Source: Candidatus Woesearchaeota archaeon (lineage in GTDB: Archaea > Nanobdellota > Nanobdellia > Woesearchaeales > UBA10216). From it: a stretch of DNA of 58,567 bases. The stretch spans positions 1-58,567 of the forward strand of contig JACPBZ010000006.1 in the NCBI GenBank assembly GCA_016180105.1. The letters run 5' to 3'. Below the pieces are notes generated by a model. It ran no database searches. It was given only the letters and a program-made list of their open reading frames with translations, and had not been told where the DNA came from. How positions within the stretch are numbered: the stretch's first letter is position 1; each line of letters opens with the position of its first letter. This document shows, piece after piece, positions 18,578-27,684 of the stretch. A program made the translations under genes and the position numbers.

Positions 18578-18689
18578 TGATTTAAATCAAAATCAGTTAC
18601 ATTTATAAATTACCCTCTGATTCTCCACAGCAAGCAGCGGTAATATCGCCGTGAAAGGGCGTAAAACAAGTTACCGTTGCGAAACAAAA

Positions 18690-19001
18690 ATGCAAAAAGC
18701 GCGAATAAAGCTGGCAAGCACGGACATAGAAAAAATCAACAACGTATGCACGTCCATAAAGGACATAGTAGAAAAAACCGGTGTCGACATACACGGCCCG
18801 ATTCCCCTTCCCACGAAAAAACTCAAGGTCACGACAAGAAAGTGCCCCTGCGGCGACGGCAAGGCAACCTGGGACAGGTTTGAAATGCGAATCCACAAGA
18901 GGCTCATCGACCTGGGCGTGGACGAAAGAGCGCTTCGCTTGGTGATGAGAGTTCCCATTCCTGAAGGATTGAACATTGAAATAGAAATGATTGAGAAGTA
19001 A
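18690..19001 (+). CDS. rps10: Ribosomal protein uS10
   Basis: [12 protein letters not shown]...[15 protein letters not shown] 18690 is preferred over the GTG at 18651 in the track. Confidence 0.93.
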   Translation: MQKARIKLASTDIEKINNVCTSIKDIVEKTGVDIHGPIPLPTKKLKVTTRKCPCGDGKATWDRFEMRIHKRLIDLGVDERALRLVMRVPIPEGLNIEIEMIEK

Positions 19002-19995
19002 GTCCAGCAGGTGGGCAAAAATCGCTACCAACGGGAACAGCAGCTACGTCAAGCTCATTGCAGGCACCTCTGTGCCACAGCTTTCCCAAGACATTTCTAA
19101 GCAGGTCGGAATACCCCTGATAAAAGCCGACATTGGCAAATTCCCAAACGGAGAGACAAGGGTCGAGATACTCGAATCAGTAAGGGGCGCTGACGTTTTC
19201 ATAATACAGTCAACCTGCCCGCCAGTGAACGACAACGTGATGGAGCTCCTGCTAATGATGGACGCCCTGAGAAGGGCCTCAGCCAGCTCAGTGAACCTGA
19301 TGGTGCCATATTTCGGCTACGGAAAGCAGGACAAGAAAAAGACGGGCCGCGAGCCAATATCAGCAAAGCTCGTGGCTGACATGGTGGAAGCGGCAGGCGC
19401 CGCGAGACTCATCACCGTTGACTTGCACGCCCAGCAGATTGAAGGCTTCTTCGACATACCGGTTGACAACCTGTCAGCCATATACCCCTTTGCAGAATTC
19501 CTGAAGAAAAAAATAAAGGAAAACCTCGTAGTCGTCACTCCAGACGCAGGCGGAACAAAAAGGGCTCGCGACCTGGCAAATGCGATGCAGGCAGAAAGAA
19601 TAGCCATAATCGACAAGTACAGGCCAGACTGGAGAAAGGCCAACGCGATGAACGTCATAGGAAAAGTCGAAGGAATGAATGCCATAATCGTGGACGACTT
19701 CATAGACACAGGGGGCAGCATGGCAGAAGCAGTCAAGGCGTTGAGAAACCACAAGGCAGAAAAAATCTGGGTTGCGTGCACCCACCCGCTCCTGACAGAC
19801 CCAGCCACAAAGAGATTCCAGGAGCTTAACGACTCTGGAGATGTCGAAGGCTTCATATTCGCAGACACCGTCCCGATACCGAAGGAAAAAATGCTCAAGA
19901 ACTACCAGGTAATATCAACAGCCCCGATGCTTGCCGACACAATAGAAAGAATAGCAAGGGGATTCTCCCTGCACCCATACAAGTCGAAGAGCTAA
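18991..19995 (+). CDS. prs: Ribose-phosphate pyrophosphokinase
   Basis: [25 protein letters not shown] and the PRPP-binding [15 protein letters not shown] start is assumed. Confidence 0.92.
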   Translation: MRSKSSRWAKIATNGNSSYVKLIAGTSVPQLSQDISKQVGIPLIKADIGKFPNGETRVEILESVRGADVFIIQSTCPPVNDNVMELLLMMDALRRASASSVNLMVPYFGYGKQDKKKTGREPISAKLVADMVEAAGAARLITVDLHAQQIEGFFDIPVDNLSAIYPFAEFLKKKIKENLVVVTPDAGGTKRARDLANAMQAERIAIIDKYRPDWRKANAMNVIGKVEGMNAIIVDDFIDTGGSMAEAVKALRNHKAEKIWVACTHPLLTDPATKRFQELNDSGDVEGFIFADTVPIPKEKMLKNYQVISTAPMLADTIERIARGFSLHPYKSKS

Positions 19996-20038
19996 TTCCC
20001 AGATAAATTTAAAAAAGCCATTCTAGTTCTCACGCAAT

Positions 20039-20473
20039 ATGGCAGAAAAAGACAATGCCGGAAAGGCTGATGAGGAACTCCTGAAGCAAAAGTACGCCGA
20101 GCTTCGAATGGCAGCTGCGCAGATAAAACAGCTCCAGCAGCAGCTTGAGGCAGTGGAAGAAAAAAAGCAGGAGCTTGAATCGGCAGTCACAAGCCTTGAC
20201 GAGCTGAAAAGGGCAGGGCAGAACGTGAAAATGCTCGCCCCGGTCACGGACGGAATATTTGCCATAGCCACGCTTGAAAGCGGAAGTGACCTCATCGTGA
20301 ACGTCGGAAGCGACATATGCGTCAGGAAAACATCAGAAGAGGCAAAGCAGCTGCTACAGGCGAAACTGCAAGAGCTTACCGGATTCCAAGAGTCAGTGCT
20401 TGAGGAACTTAATAGCATGACAGAACACGCAAATGCGCTTGAACAGGAGCTTGGCAGGCTGCTCCAGGAGTAA
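20039..20473 (+). CDS. pfdA: Prefoldin alpha subunit
   Basis: 144 aa. Coiled coil - two beta hairpins (LAPVTDGIFAIATLESGSDLIVNVGSDICV) - coiled coil. Confidence 0.85.
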   Translation: MAEKDNAGKADEELLKQKYAELRMAAAQIKQLQQQLEAVEEKKQELESAVTSLDELKRAGQNVKMLAPVTDGIFAIATLESGSDLIVNVGSDICVRKTSEEAKQLLQAKLQELTGFQESVLEELNSMTEHANALEQELGRLLQE

Positions 20474-20479
20474 ACTGGA

Positions 20480-21679
20480 ATGTTCGGATTTCTCAAGAAA
20501 AAGCTCGGCGAAGCGATAGGCAAGCTGACTGAAAAAGCCAAAGAGGAGCCACAGCCGGAAAAGAAAACAGTTGCCGGGGTAGGGGAAAAAGAGCAGAGCA
20601 AACCATTACAGCCCAAGAAGCAGACAGCCGCAGACCTGATTGAGGAAGTTTCAACTGAAGAAATTGAGACGCAGCCAAAAGAGCCGGTTTACGAAAAAGA
20701 AGCGGTAGCCGAAGAGAAAAGGGAAGTTGAAGCTGAGCGCCCGAGAATTGAAGAAAAAACTGAGACTCCGGAACCGAAGCAAAAAAGCTTGCTTGGAAGA
20801 ATAACCGGAGCCTTGACAGGAGCAGTATCAACCACAAAAATCTCAGAAGGGAAATTCGAGGAAATGTTCTGGGACCTTGAAGTAACGCTACTCGAGAACA
20901 ATGTTGCCGTCGAAGTCATCCAAAAAATAAAGGACGACCTCAAGCAGAGCCTTGTCGAAAAGCCGCTCCAGCGCGGAAAAGTCGAGGAAGCCATAAAAAA
21001 GGCGCTGGGCAGCAGCATCGCTGGCCTTTTTGCTTCAGGACAGGACCTCAAGCAAAAAATAAAAGACTTGGCTGCCGAGAAAAAGCCCGTGAGGGTGATG
21101 TTCGTTGGCATAAACGGCTCAGGCAAGACCACGACAATCGCCAAACTGGCAAAGGCATTGCAGGACACCGGCCTCAAGACAATAATTGCAGCCTCGGACA
21201 CGTTCAGGGCTGCAGCAATACACCAGCTCCAGGAACACGCTGACAAGCTGGGAGTGAAACTAATAAAGCACGACTACGGCGCAGACCCGGCAGCAGTTGC
21301 CTTTGACGCGATAAAGTATGCCGAAGCCCACGGGATAGACGTCGTGCTCATAGACACAGCAGGAAGGTTGCACAGCAACGTGAATCTTGTTGACGAGATG
21401 AAAAAAATAGCCCGCGTGGCAAAGCCCGACTTCAAGATTTTCGTGGGCGAGTCAATAACAGGCAATGACTGCGTGGAGCAGGCAAGAAGCTTCAACGAGG
21501 CAGTCAACATTGACGGAATAATACTCGCAAAGGCAGACATTGACGAAAAAGGAGGGGCTGCGATATCAGTAAGCTACGTGACGAGGAAACCCATATTCTA
21601 CCTCGGCACGGGCCAGGGCTATGGCGACCTCCAGCAGTTCAAGCCAGAGGCTGTTGTGGAGTCGCTTGGGCTGGCGTAG
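20480..21679 (+). CDS. ftsY: Signal recognition particle receptor FtsY
   Basis: Acidic N-terminus and an NG domain with GINGSGKTTT, DTAGR and AKADID. Confidence 0.95.
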   Translation: MFGFLKKKLGEAIGKLTEKAKEEPQPEKKTVAGVGEKEQSKPLQPKKQTAADLIEEVSTEEIETQPKEPVYEKEAVAEEKREVEAERPRIEEKTETPEPKQKSLLGRITGALTGAVSTTKISEGKFEEMFWDLEVTLLENNVAVEVIQKIKDDLKQSLVEKPLQRGKVEEAIKKALGSSIAGLFASGQDLKQKIKDLAAEKKPVRVMFVGINGSGKTTTIAKLAKALQDTGLKTIIAASDTFRAAAIHQLQEHADKLGVKLIKHDYGADPAAVAFDAIKYAEAHGIDVVLIDTAGRLHSNVNLVDEMKKIARVAKPDFKIFVGESITGNDCVEQARSFNEAVNIDGIILAKADIDEKGGAAISVSYVTRKPIFYLGTGQGYGDLQQFKPEAVVESLGLA

Positions 21680-22442
21680 CGCTCTTATCCACTGAGCGCA
21701 TCGCACCAACGATTATGGCGCCGTCAACGTGGTCCTGCCATCTTGGCATCCTGAACTGAAATTCAACCTTACGACGACCAGTCCCAAGACCATCACAGAA
21801 AAGCCTCTCGACCACTTCTTCTATCCGGTTAGGATCTCCCGTTTCAGATACAGAAACACTGCCGGGAAGGGAACCTGAAATGCGGTAGGTGCCTGTCCCA
21901 CCCGGCTCCCCAACACAGTCGACGAGCAAAGCAACTTTTTCCCCAGTAGCGTTTGGAAAAAACGTGACTGTTGACTTAGTGCTCACATATGGCTTTTCAG
22001 GCTTTGCAGCAGGAACAGGCTTGGCTTCCTGCCGTGAAATCAGCCGCCTTTCAAGAGCATCAGCACCGCCTTGCCCTATTTCCTGGCCAACCATCACGAT
22101 TTCCCACTGGGCAGCCTTGGGATTCAAGCCCGTGGAAACTGCAGCCGCAACAGAATCAATGGACCCGTACTGCCTGCCCTGCCTTGGAAAATAAAACCTA
22201 GCCGCGCCAAGAGGCAGCCAGAATACGCTAACCGGATGACCAGGGTCCCGTGGACTGCCACTGTGAATCATAAACCCATAATGATCCAGCCTGGAAGAGT
22301 TCGTGGAAACGTATGCGACTCTTTGGAGAAATTTTTCAGGCAGCTCGCGGCCTGCCGCAATTGAGTCTGCGCTCCAATAATAAAAAAAGCTTGGGGCCTT
22401 GCCAATGAACGGCGCAATCCTTGAGCTTTTCATTTTTCTCAC
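21639..22442 (-). CDS. Hypothetical protein (two domains joined by a P/K/A linker)
   Basis: 267 aa. I recognise no family. The best of the six frames here. Convergent 41-nt overlap with ftsY. Confidence 0.5.
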   Translation of the reverse strand: MRKMKSSRIAPFIGKAPSFFYYWSADSIAAGRELPEKFLQRVAYVSTNSSRLDHYGFMIHSGSPRDPGHPVSVFWLPLGAARFYFPRQGRQYGSIDSVAAAVSTGLNPKAAQWEIVMVGQEIGQGGADALERRLISRQEAKPVPAAKPEKPYVSTKSTVTFFPNATGEKVALLVDCVGEPGGTGTYRISGSLPGSVSVSETGDPNRIEEVVERLFCDGLGTGRRKVEFQFRMPRWQDHVDGAIIVGAMRSVDKSATPAQATPQQPLA

Positions 22443-22819
22443 CTGATTGCCGCAACCCGATAAGGATCGCGTTCAAGGGCACTGTCAACAGTCCATACTT
22501 TGCCATCCGCAAAAACACTCCTCGACTCAACACGGCAATCCACTTCAAGCGTTGCATAGGCCACCATATTGCCAACCGGGCAATGAACAAGGTAAAAGTC
22601 AGGGAGGCGTGCATCAAGGGGCGAATCGCCAAAAGGCACAATCTGAGGCGCTCCGCTATCAACAGGAAAAACGCCTATCAGTGTCAGCCTTGCACCAGAA
22701 AGAAGAGGAACAGTAACCTTGCCAGTAGCCTTCCACAGCAAATAGGAAGACGAGCCATTTTTCCCCAATTCCGTCTCAAGAGTTGTCATACGCATTGCCC
22801 CAGTGCAGCATTCCCTCAA
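22439..22819 (-). CDS. Hypothetical beta-rich protein
   Basis: Stop overlaps the start of 21639-22442 (ATGA-type coupling). A likely start is an internal Met at 22795 or 22789. No recognisable motif. Confidence 0.45.
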   Translation of the reverse strand: MRECCTGAMRMTTLETELGKNGSSSYLLWKATGKVTVPLLSGARLTLIGVFPVDSGAPQIVPFGDSPLDARLPDFYLVHCPVGNMVAYATLEVDCRVESRSVFADGKVWTVDSALERDPYRVAAIR

Positions 22820-22885
22820 GACACGCTGTTTTTACAATCCTGAAAACACCACAATCACGTGTCTTAAAAAAAAGCCGATGAGCGC

Positions 22886-23035
22886 TCAGGCGACGGCGAC
22901 AAAAGTCGCCGAGTCTTCCCTCTCCGGGAAGACGACGAGCCCAAGCAGCAAGATAAGCAGCAGACCAATAAGCGAAGCTTGCTTTCCAACAAATGTCGCT
23001 CCCGCTGCCATAAAACCTTGGAACCGTGAAGCCAT
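22886..23035 (-). CDS. 49-aa single-TM small protein (candidate)
   Basis: My translation is MASRFQGFMAAGATFVGKQASLIGLLLILLLGLVVFPEREDSATFVAVA. A TATAGTATATAG element lies 12-25 nt upstream, and a T8 run (22866-22873) follows the stop. Preferred over the overlapping 89-aa track ORF. Confidence 0.3.
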   Translation of the reverse strand: MASRFQGFMAAGATFVGKQASLIGLLLILLLGLVVFPEREDSATFVAVA

Positions 23036-23070
23036 ATTTAAGCATTGCTATATACTATAATGAATGTGCT

Positions 23071-23111
23071 ATCACGTTTTTAGTTCGCTAATCACGCTTT
23101 TAATTCGTTTA
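23071..23111. repeat. Imperfect ~20-nt tandem direct repeat followed by an 8-bp-stem hairpin (23112-23137)
   Basis: ATCACGTTTTTAGTTCGCTA / ATCACGCTTTTAATTCGTTTA, then TAGACCTC-N10-GAGGTCTA. Read directly. Confidence 0.8.
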
Positions 23112-23124
23112 TAGACCTCGCCTT

Positions 23125-23394
23125 TTGGTGAGGTCTACGTACAGATTAACTTTTGAAAAGCGTGTTTGGATAGTTAAGCAATATTTGAAAGAGATTTCGA
23201 CTTCAAAGATTGCCTTGAGCCAGTCTGTTACGCCTAGAACTGTTCAGAAATTAGTCAAGGTATACGAACGTTTTGGTTGGGATGGCCTGAAGGACCTTGA
23301 CAGGAGCATTAACACTGCAGTCAAAAAGGAACTCGGCCTCGAAGGACTGGTTGGAGAGCTAAATTCAGCAGAGTTACTTCACAAAGCGGATTGA
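23125..23394 (+). mobile_element. Transposase N-terminal HTH fragment (IS481/IS630-like); DDE domain missing
   Basis: RLTFEKRVWIVKQYLKEISTSKIALSQSVTPRTVQKLVKVYERFGWDGLKDLDRS has the typical HTH ... GLKD..RS layout of IS transposase N-termini. The ORF ends after 89 aa. Confidence 0.55.
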
Positions 23395-24042
23395 GCCATC
23401 GCGGTAAACTCCCTGACGAAGCCTCACCGGGCGCCAATCATCAAGAACAAGACCGGCACCCAGCCAGCCCGCAAGCTCCTCAGGGTTGCCGATTGTTGCT
23501 GAAAGGCCGATAAATTGCGACTTGGGAAGAAGCTGCCTAAGCAGGGTAATGAGTATTTCCAATGTTGGGCCCCGGCCAGCGTCATTAAGAAGATGTATCT
23601 CATCAACCACCACGACAGCAATGCTACGCAGCCAGGAAGCGTGATGCCTTATCAGGCTGTCAAGCTTCTCCGCAGTGCAGATTATTATGTCAGAGCCCGA
23701 AAGGTAAGCTTCTGATGAATCCAAGTCGCCAATTGAGAGTGAAACCTTCAGGAAAGAGCCATAGCGCTTCCTGAAGTCATTGAACTTTTCAGAGGCAAGC
23801 GCCTTCAAGGGCACAATGTAAACAGCCTTGCCCCTCTTTTGCAGAATTGCCGAAACAGCAGCCAACTCAGCGATAAGAGTCTTGCCAGACGCCGTGGGCG
23901 TGCACACGAGAAGGCTCATCCCCTCAAGAAGGCCAGCATTCACGGATTTCACCTGCGATGGGCGAAGCTCCTTCACGCCAGAAGCTGCAATTGCCTCAAA
24001 CAGCTCCTGCGGGATTTTGTCCTTGATCGTGTCAAGATGCAT
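23374..24042 (-). pseudogene. Hel308/Ski2-like helicase, truncated to the first RecA domain
   Basis: Has LRPSQVKSV, Walker A CTPTASGKT, the DEIH box (VVVDEIHLL), SAT and DWRPVRLRQGV. It stops at 222 aa, where RecA2 and the later domains should follow. Confidence 0.7.
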
Positions 24043-24296
24043 TGCCTGCTGCTGAAATTCGGAAGTTTAAAATTGTTTGCAGGAAAAAAACCGGAATTTA
24101 CGGAAAATTTTCACGAAATTGGCAGGTTTGGGAAAAAGTTCCGACAAGTGACGGAAAAAATGCGAATTCGACGTGAAATTCACGGGAAAACGGCAGAAAG
24201 GCATAAGAAGAATAAATGCGCTTTGGATTATGAAATGCAAGGCGGCAAAGCATTAAAGGCGAAAAGTTTAAATATTATAACTTATTATAATAGCTT

Positions 24297-24527
24297 ATGG
24301 CAGAGTTGTTTAAGGCTAAAGTGAGGAAAGTTGGAACGTCCTATGGGGTTCTGATACCGATGGAAGTAGTGACTCAGGAAAAAATCAGGGAAGGGGATGA
24401 AATAGAAGTCAGTATACTGAAGGAGAGGAAGCTAGAAGCCATTCGAAGATTATTTGGGTCTGCAAAAGGAACTGAACCATTCGAGAGGGACAGGGAAGAC
24501 AGGCTTGACAGGGAAGAATACCAATGA
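24297..24527 (+). CDS. AbrB/SpoVT-type antitoxin (VapB-like)
   Basis: KVRKVGTSYGVLIPMEVVTQEKIREGDEIEV. Confidence 0.8.
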   Translation: MAELFKAKVRKVGTSYGVLIPMEVVTQEKIREGDEIEVSILKERKLEAIRRLFGSAKGTEPFERDREDRLDREEYQ

Positions 24528-24536
24528 GGAATACTT

Positions 24537-24908
24537 ATGCTTCTCGATAGTTCTGCGTGGATTGATTTCATTGAAGGCAATGAGAAAGGCAGGAAAATAA
24601 GGCAAATCATTGAAGGACAGGATAGCTTTACCAGCTTGGCCACTATTGCTGAGCTTACCCAGTGGTGCTTAAAAAACAGAAGGGAAGAGGTAGCGACCAT
24701 TGAAGATGTTAAGCGTATTTCACAAATATTGCCACTTACAGAAACAATCAGCAGGGTGGCGGGAAGAATGAATTACGAAAGAAAAAAGGCGGGCAAGAAA
24801 TGGGGCATGATGGATTCTATCATAGCTTCAACGGCACAAGTTTATGGGCTTAAAATCCTGACAACAGATAACGGTTTCAGGGACTTGCAGGAAGCACAGG
24901 TTTTGTAG
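24537..24908 (+). CDS. PIN-domain toxin (VapC-like)
   Basis: MLLDSSAWIDFIEG at the N-terminus and ILTTDNGFRDL near the C-terminus. Confidence 0.85.
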   Translation: MLLDSSAWIDFIEGNEKGRKIRQIIEGQDSFTSLATIAELTQWCLKNRREEVATIEDVKRISQILPLTETISRVAGRMNYERKKAGKKWGMMDSIIASTAQVYGLKILTTDNGFRDLQEAQVL

Positions 24909-24986
24909 CAAATATGGATAATTTTACTTCCATTTGGAAAGATATGCTTTCACCTTTTTATAAATTTTCCATTTGGGGCTCTGGCC

Positions 24987-27002
24987 CTAAAATAAGTGGT
25001 GGCTCACAATCAAGGACGCTGCCAAAAGCGCAATTGTGTTAAGCACCTTGATCAGAGGATTGAGCGCGGGGCCGGAAGTGTCCTTGAATGGGTCGCCAAC
25101 AGTGTCGCCTACGACTGCTGCTTTATGAGCATCACTTCCTTTTCCGCCAAGGTTGCCTGCTTCGATGTACTTCTTTGCATTATCCCAGGCAGCGCCTGAG
25201 GTTGTCATTGTAATCGCAAGAAGCAAGCCAGTAACTATCGCACCGCCGAGAAGGCCGCCAAGCGCCTCAGGGCCAAGCACGAAACCTACGATCAAGGGAG
25301 CAGCAACAGCAATAACGCCAGGAAGGATAAGCTCCCTGATTGCGGACTTGGTGCTTATGTCAACACACCTCGCATAATCAGGCTTGCCCGTGCCTTTCAT
25401 AAGGCCGGGAATTTCCTTAAATTGGCGCCGGACTTCCACGACCATTCCAGTAGCTGCCCTTCCAACAGCCCTCATAGTGAGAGAGGAAAAGATAAAGGGA
25501 AGGAGACCGCCTGCAAAAAGGCCGACAACAACAGCAGGGTCGTAAAGGTTAATCACGTCAATGCCGGTAAGGTCGCTATAAGCCGCGAAAAGCGAAAGCG
25601 CGGCGAGGCCTGCCGAGCCAATTGCAAAACCCTTGGTGACAGCCTTGGTGGTGTTGCCAACAGCGTCCAAGGGGTCTGTGATTTTTCTCACCGACTCAGG
25701 CATCTTGCTCATCTCGGCAATGCCACCCGCATTATCTGTAATCGGGCCATAGGCGTCAACGGCAACTATAATGGCAGTCATTGCAAGCATAGCAGTTGCG
25801 GCAATGGCAACGCCATAAAATCCGCCGCCAAAAGTGTAGGCGAGGAATGCGCCTGCAACTATTGCAATCACCGGAATGAGCGTGCTTTCCATACCCTTGG
25901 CAATGCCCAGAATGATGACAGTGGCCGGGCCGGTCTTTGCCGAATCAGCAACCTGCTGAACGGGCTTCTTGTTGGCAGCAGTGTAGTACTCAGTCACATA
26001 GCCTATTATGACCGTAATGGCCAGGCCAATCACGGCTGCAATGAAATACTTCAAGTCTGAAAACATAAGCTTGTTGACTGCAAAGAAGCCCACAGCGGAA
26101 AGCGCAGCGCTGATGAGAATGCCGTTATTCAATGCAGGCCATATCCTGGCAGGGCTGGAAGCACGGACAAAAAGGCTCCCAACCAAGGAAGCAATCACGG
26201 CAACAGAACCAAGGACAAGAGGGAAGGCAAGCTCATTGGTAAAACTGTGGCCGAAGGCAGTCCAGGCAAGCAGCATTGCTGCAATAATCGTCACAGTGTA
26301 AGACTCGAAAAGGTCAGCAGCCATACCGGCACAGTCACCGACATTGTCGCCAACATTATCAGCAATGACCGCAGGATTCCTCGGGTCATCCTCAGGAATG
26401 CCCTTCTCGACCTTGCCGACCAAATCAGCACCTACATCCGCGCCCTTGGTGTAAATGCCGCCGCCCACCCTGGCGAAAAGGCTGATGAGACTGGCCCCAA
26501 AGCCAAAACCGATGAGGATATTCGGGTCCTTAAGAATAAGGAGCAGGACGGTAACGCCAAGAAGGCCCAAGCCGGCAACGGCAAAGCCAGTCACGGCACC
26601 GCCGGAAAAAGCAACTGAAAACGCATCCTTCAAGCTCCTGGTCGCTGCCTGGGCAGTGCGAACATTGGCCCTCACGGAAACCATCATCCCAATGTAGCCT
26701 GCAAGGGCAGAAAGGAATGCGCCAAGAATAAAAGCAACAGCAACAAGGTAAGAGTTTGCCATAAAACTCCTCAAGCCAAAGGCAATGACGAGAGCCAGAA
26801 CAATGCTGATGACTGCAATAGTCCTGTATTGCCTGTTAAGGTAAGCGACAGCGCCCTCCCTGATTGCGGAAGAAATTTTCCTCATCGCTTCAGTGCCAGA
26901 GTCCTGCTTCAGGACGCGCACAGCCAAAAAAAACGCAAAGAGGAGCGCGGCAATGCTTCCGACAAAAGCGGTCAGGTACAAAGTCGAGGATGCGATGGCC
27001 AT
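24987..27002 (-). CDS. hppA: Membrane H+(or Na+)-translocating pyrophosphatase
   Basis: 671 aa, polytopic. Motifs [28 protein letters not shown] and [11 protein letters not shown]. Confidence 0.97.
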   Translation of the reverse strand: MAIASSTLYLTAFVGSIAALLFAFFLAVRVLKQDSGTEAMRKISSAIREGAVAYLNRQYRTIAVISIVLALVIAFGLRSFMANSYLVAVAFILGAFLSALAGYIGMMVSVRANVRTAQAATRSLKDAFSVAFSGGAVTGFAVAGLGLLGVTVLLLILKDPNILIGFGFGASLISLFARVGGGIYTKGADVGADLVGKVEKGIPEDDPRNPAVIADNVGDNVGDCAGMAADLFESYTVTIIAAMLLAWTAFGHSFTNELAFPLVLGSVAVIASLVGSLFVRASSPARIWPALNNGILISAALSAVGFFAVNKLMFSDLKYFIAAVIGLAITVIIGYVTEYYTAANKKPVQQVADSAKTGPATVIILGIAKGMESTLIPVIAIVAGAFLAYTFGGGFYGVAIAATAMLAMTAIIVAVDAYGPITDNAGGIAEMSKMPESVRKITDPLDAVGNTTKAVTKGFAIGSAGLAALSLFAAYSDLTGIDVINLYDPAVVVGLFAGGLLPFIFSSLTMRAVGRAATGMVVEVRRQFKEIPGLMKGTGKPDYARCVDISTKSAIRELILPGVIAVAAPLIVGFVLGPEALGGLLGGAIVTGLLLAITMTTSGAAWDNAKKYIEAGNLGGKGSDAHKAAVVGDTVGDPFKDTSGPALNPLIKVLNTIALLAASLIVSHHLF

Positions 27003-27684
27003 TGCAATTAGCGCAAAAAAAAGGCTTATTTACAAACTCGTACACCAGAGGAACGCCATACGGAATCGTGAACCCAAGGATTTCCCTCTTCGAAAGCCTA
27101 TCAATATGCTTGACAAGAGACCTCAAGCTGTTATGGCTGGCAATAACCAGGATCCTCCTGCCTTTTTTAATGTCTGGAACGATTGCCTCATCCCAAAACG
27201 GCACTACCCTCCGGTAAGTGTCCGCAAGCGATTCTGCAACAGGAAAATACCGCCCTGGAATGCCAGGATAAGACTTCAATATTTGCACATATCTCTTGTC
27301 TGACCTGCCCAAGGCCGGAGGCCTCACATCAAAACTGCGCCTCCACAACAGCACCTGCCTTTCGCCATATTTCCTCGCGGTTTCAGCCTTATCAAGACCA
27401 GTCAGGGCGCCATAGTGCCGCTCATTCAGGCGCCACTCTTTCCTGAGGGGAATCCCGGCACCAAGCTTGCCAAGAATAATGCTGGCAGTCTTCAACGAGC
27501 GCTTGTGCAGGTTCGCGTAGACCACATCAAACTCATAACCCCCCTTCTTAAGCTCCCTCGCCGCATTCTTAGCCTCGGAAATGCCCCTCGCAGTCAAAGG
27601 AACGTCCATCCAACCTGTAAAAAGATTTTTCCTGTTCCAGGTGCTCTCGCCGTGCCTAACAAAAACAACCTCATAGTGTGCCAT
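26890..27684 (-). CDS. gpmA: 2,3-bisphosphoglycerate-dependent phosphoglycerate mutase; the 3' tail reads 113 nt into hppA
   Basis: [25 protein letters not shown] and [11 protein letters not shown] at 27684. The conserved core ends near PLVYEF, and the remaining tail is Cys-rich and atypical. Confidence 0.85.
   Translation of the reverse strand: MAHYEVVFVRHGESTWNRKNLFTGWMDVPLTARGISEAKNAARELKKGGYEFDVVYANLHKRSLKTASIILGKLGAGIPLRKEWRLNERHYGALTGLDKAETARKYGERQVLLWRRSFDVRPPALGRSDKRYVQILKSYPGIPGRYFPVAESLADTYRRVVPFWDEAIVPDIKKGRRILVIASHNSLRSLVKHIDRLSKREILGFTIPYGVPLVYEFVNKPFFCANCNGHRILDFVPDRFCRKHCRAPLCVFFGCARPEAGLWH

Noticed and set aside
21639-22442. ADP-ribosyltransferase-like reading of the 267-aa orphan (R ... 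YVSTNSS ... QWE)
   Set aside because: The R-S-E-like residues have atypical spacing and rest only on eyeballing. This is not strong enough to report as a function.
22886-23035. 49-aa TM peptide considered as a type IV pilin precursor
   Set aside because: The sequence has FVGKQ-ASLIGLLL rather than a (K/R)G-(A/S/Q) class III cleavage motif close to the N-terminus. There is almost no mature domain after the helix.
22776-23045. 89-aa track ORF (MLKYGFTVPRFYGSGS...) and plus-strand 22803-23060
   Set aside because: Their composition is W/R/C-rich. They straddle a T8 terminator-like run and a hairpin. The alternative 49-aa frame with its own TATA-like box fits the signals better, though it too has low confidence.
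24043-24296. Replication origin (ORB/DUE) interpretation of the repeat-rich spacer
   Set aside because: There is no orc1/cdc6 gene nearby, no recognisable ORB or mini-ORB inverted repeats, and no long AT-rich unwinding element.
23839-24324. 161-aa plus-strand ORF spanning the helicase 5' end and the intergenic repeats
   Set aside because: It runs antisense through the helicase start and then through non-coding repeat DNA. The K/R/E-rich translation reflects the purine skew, not a protein.
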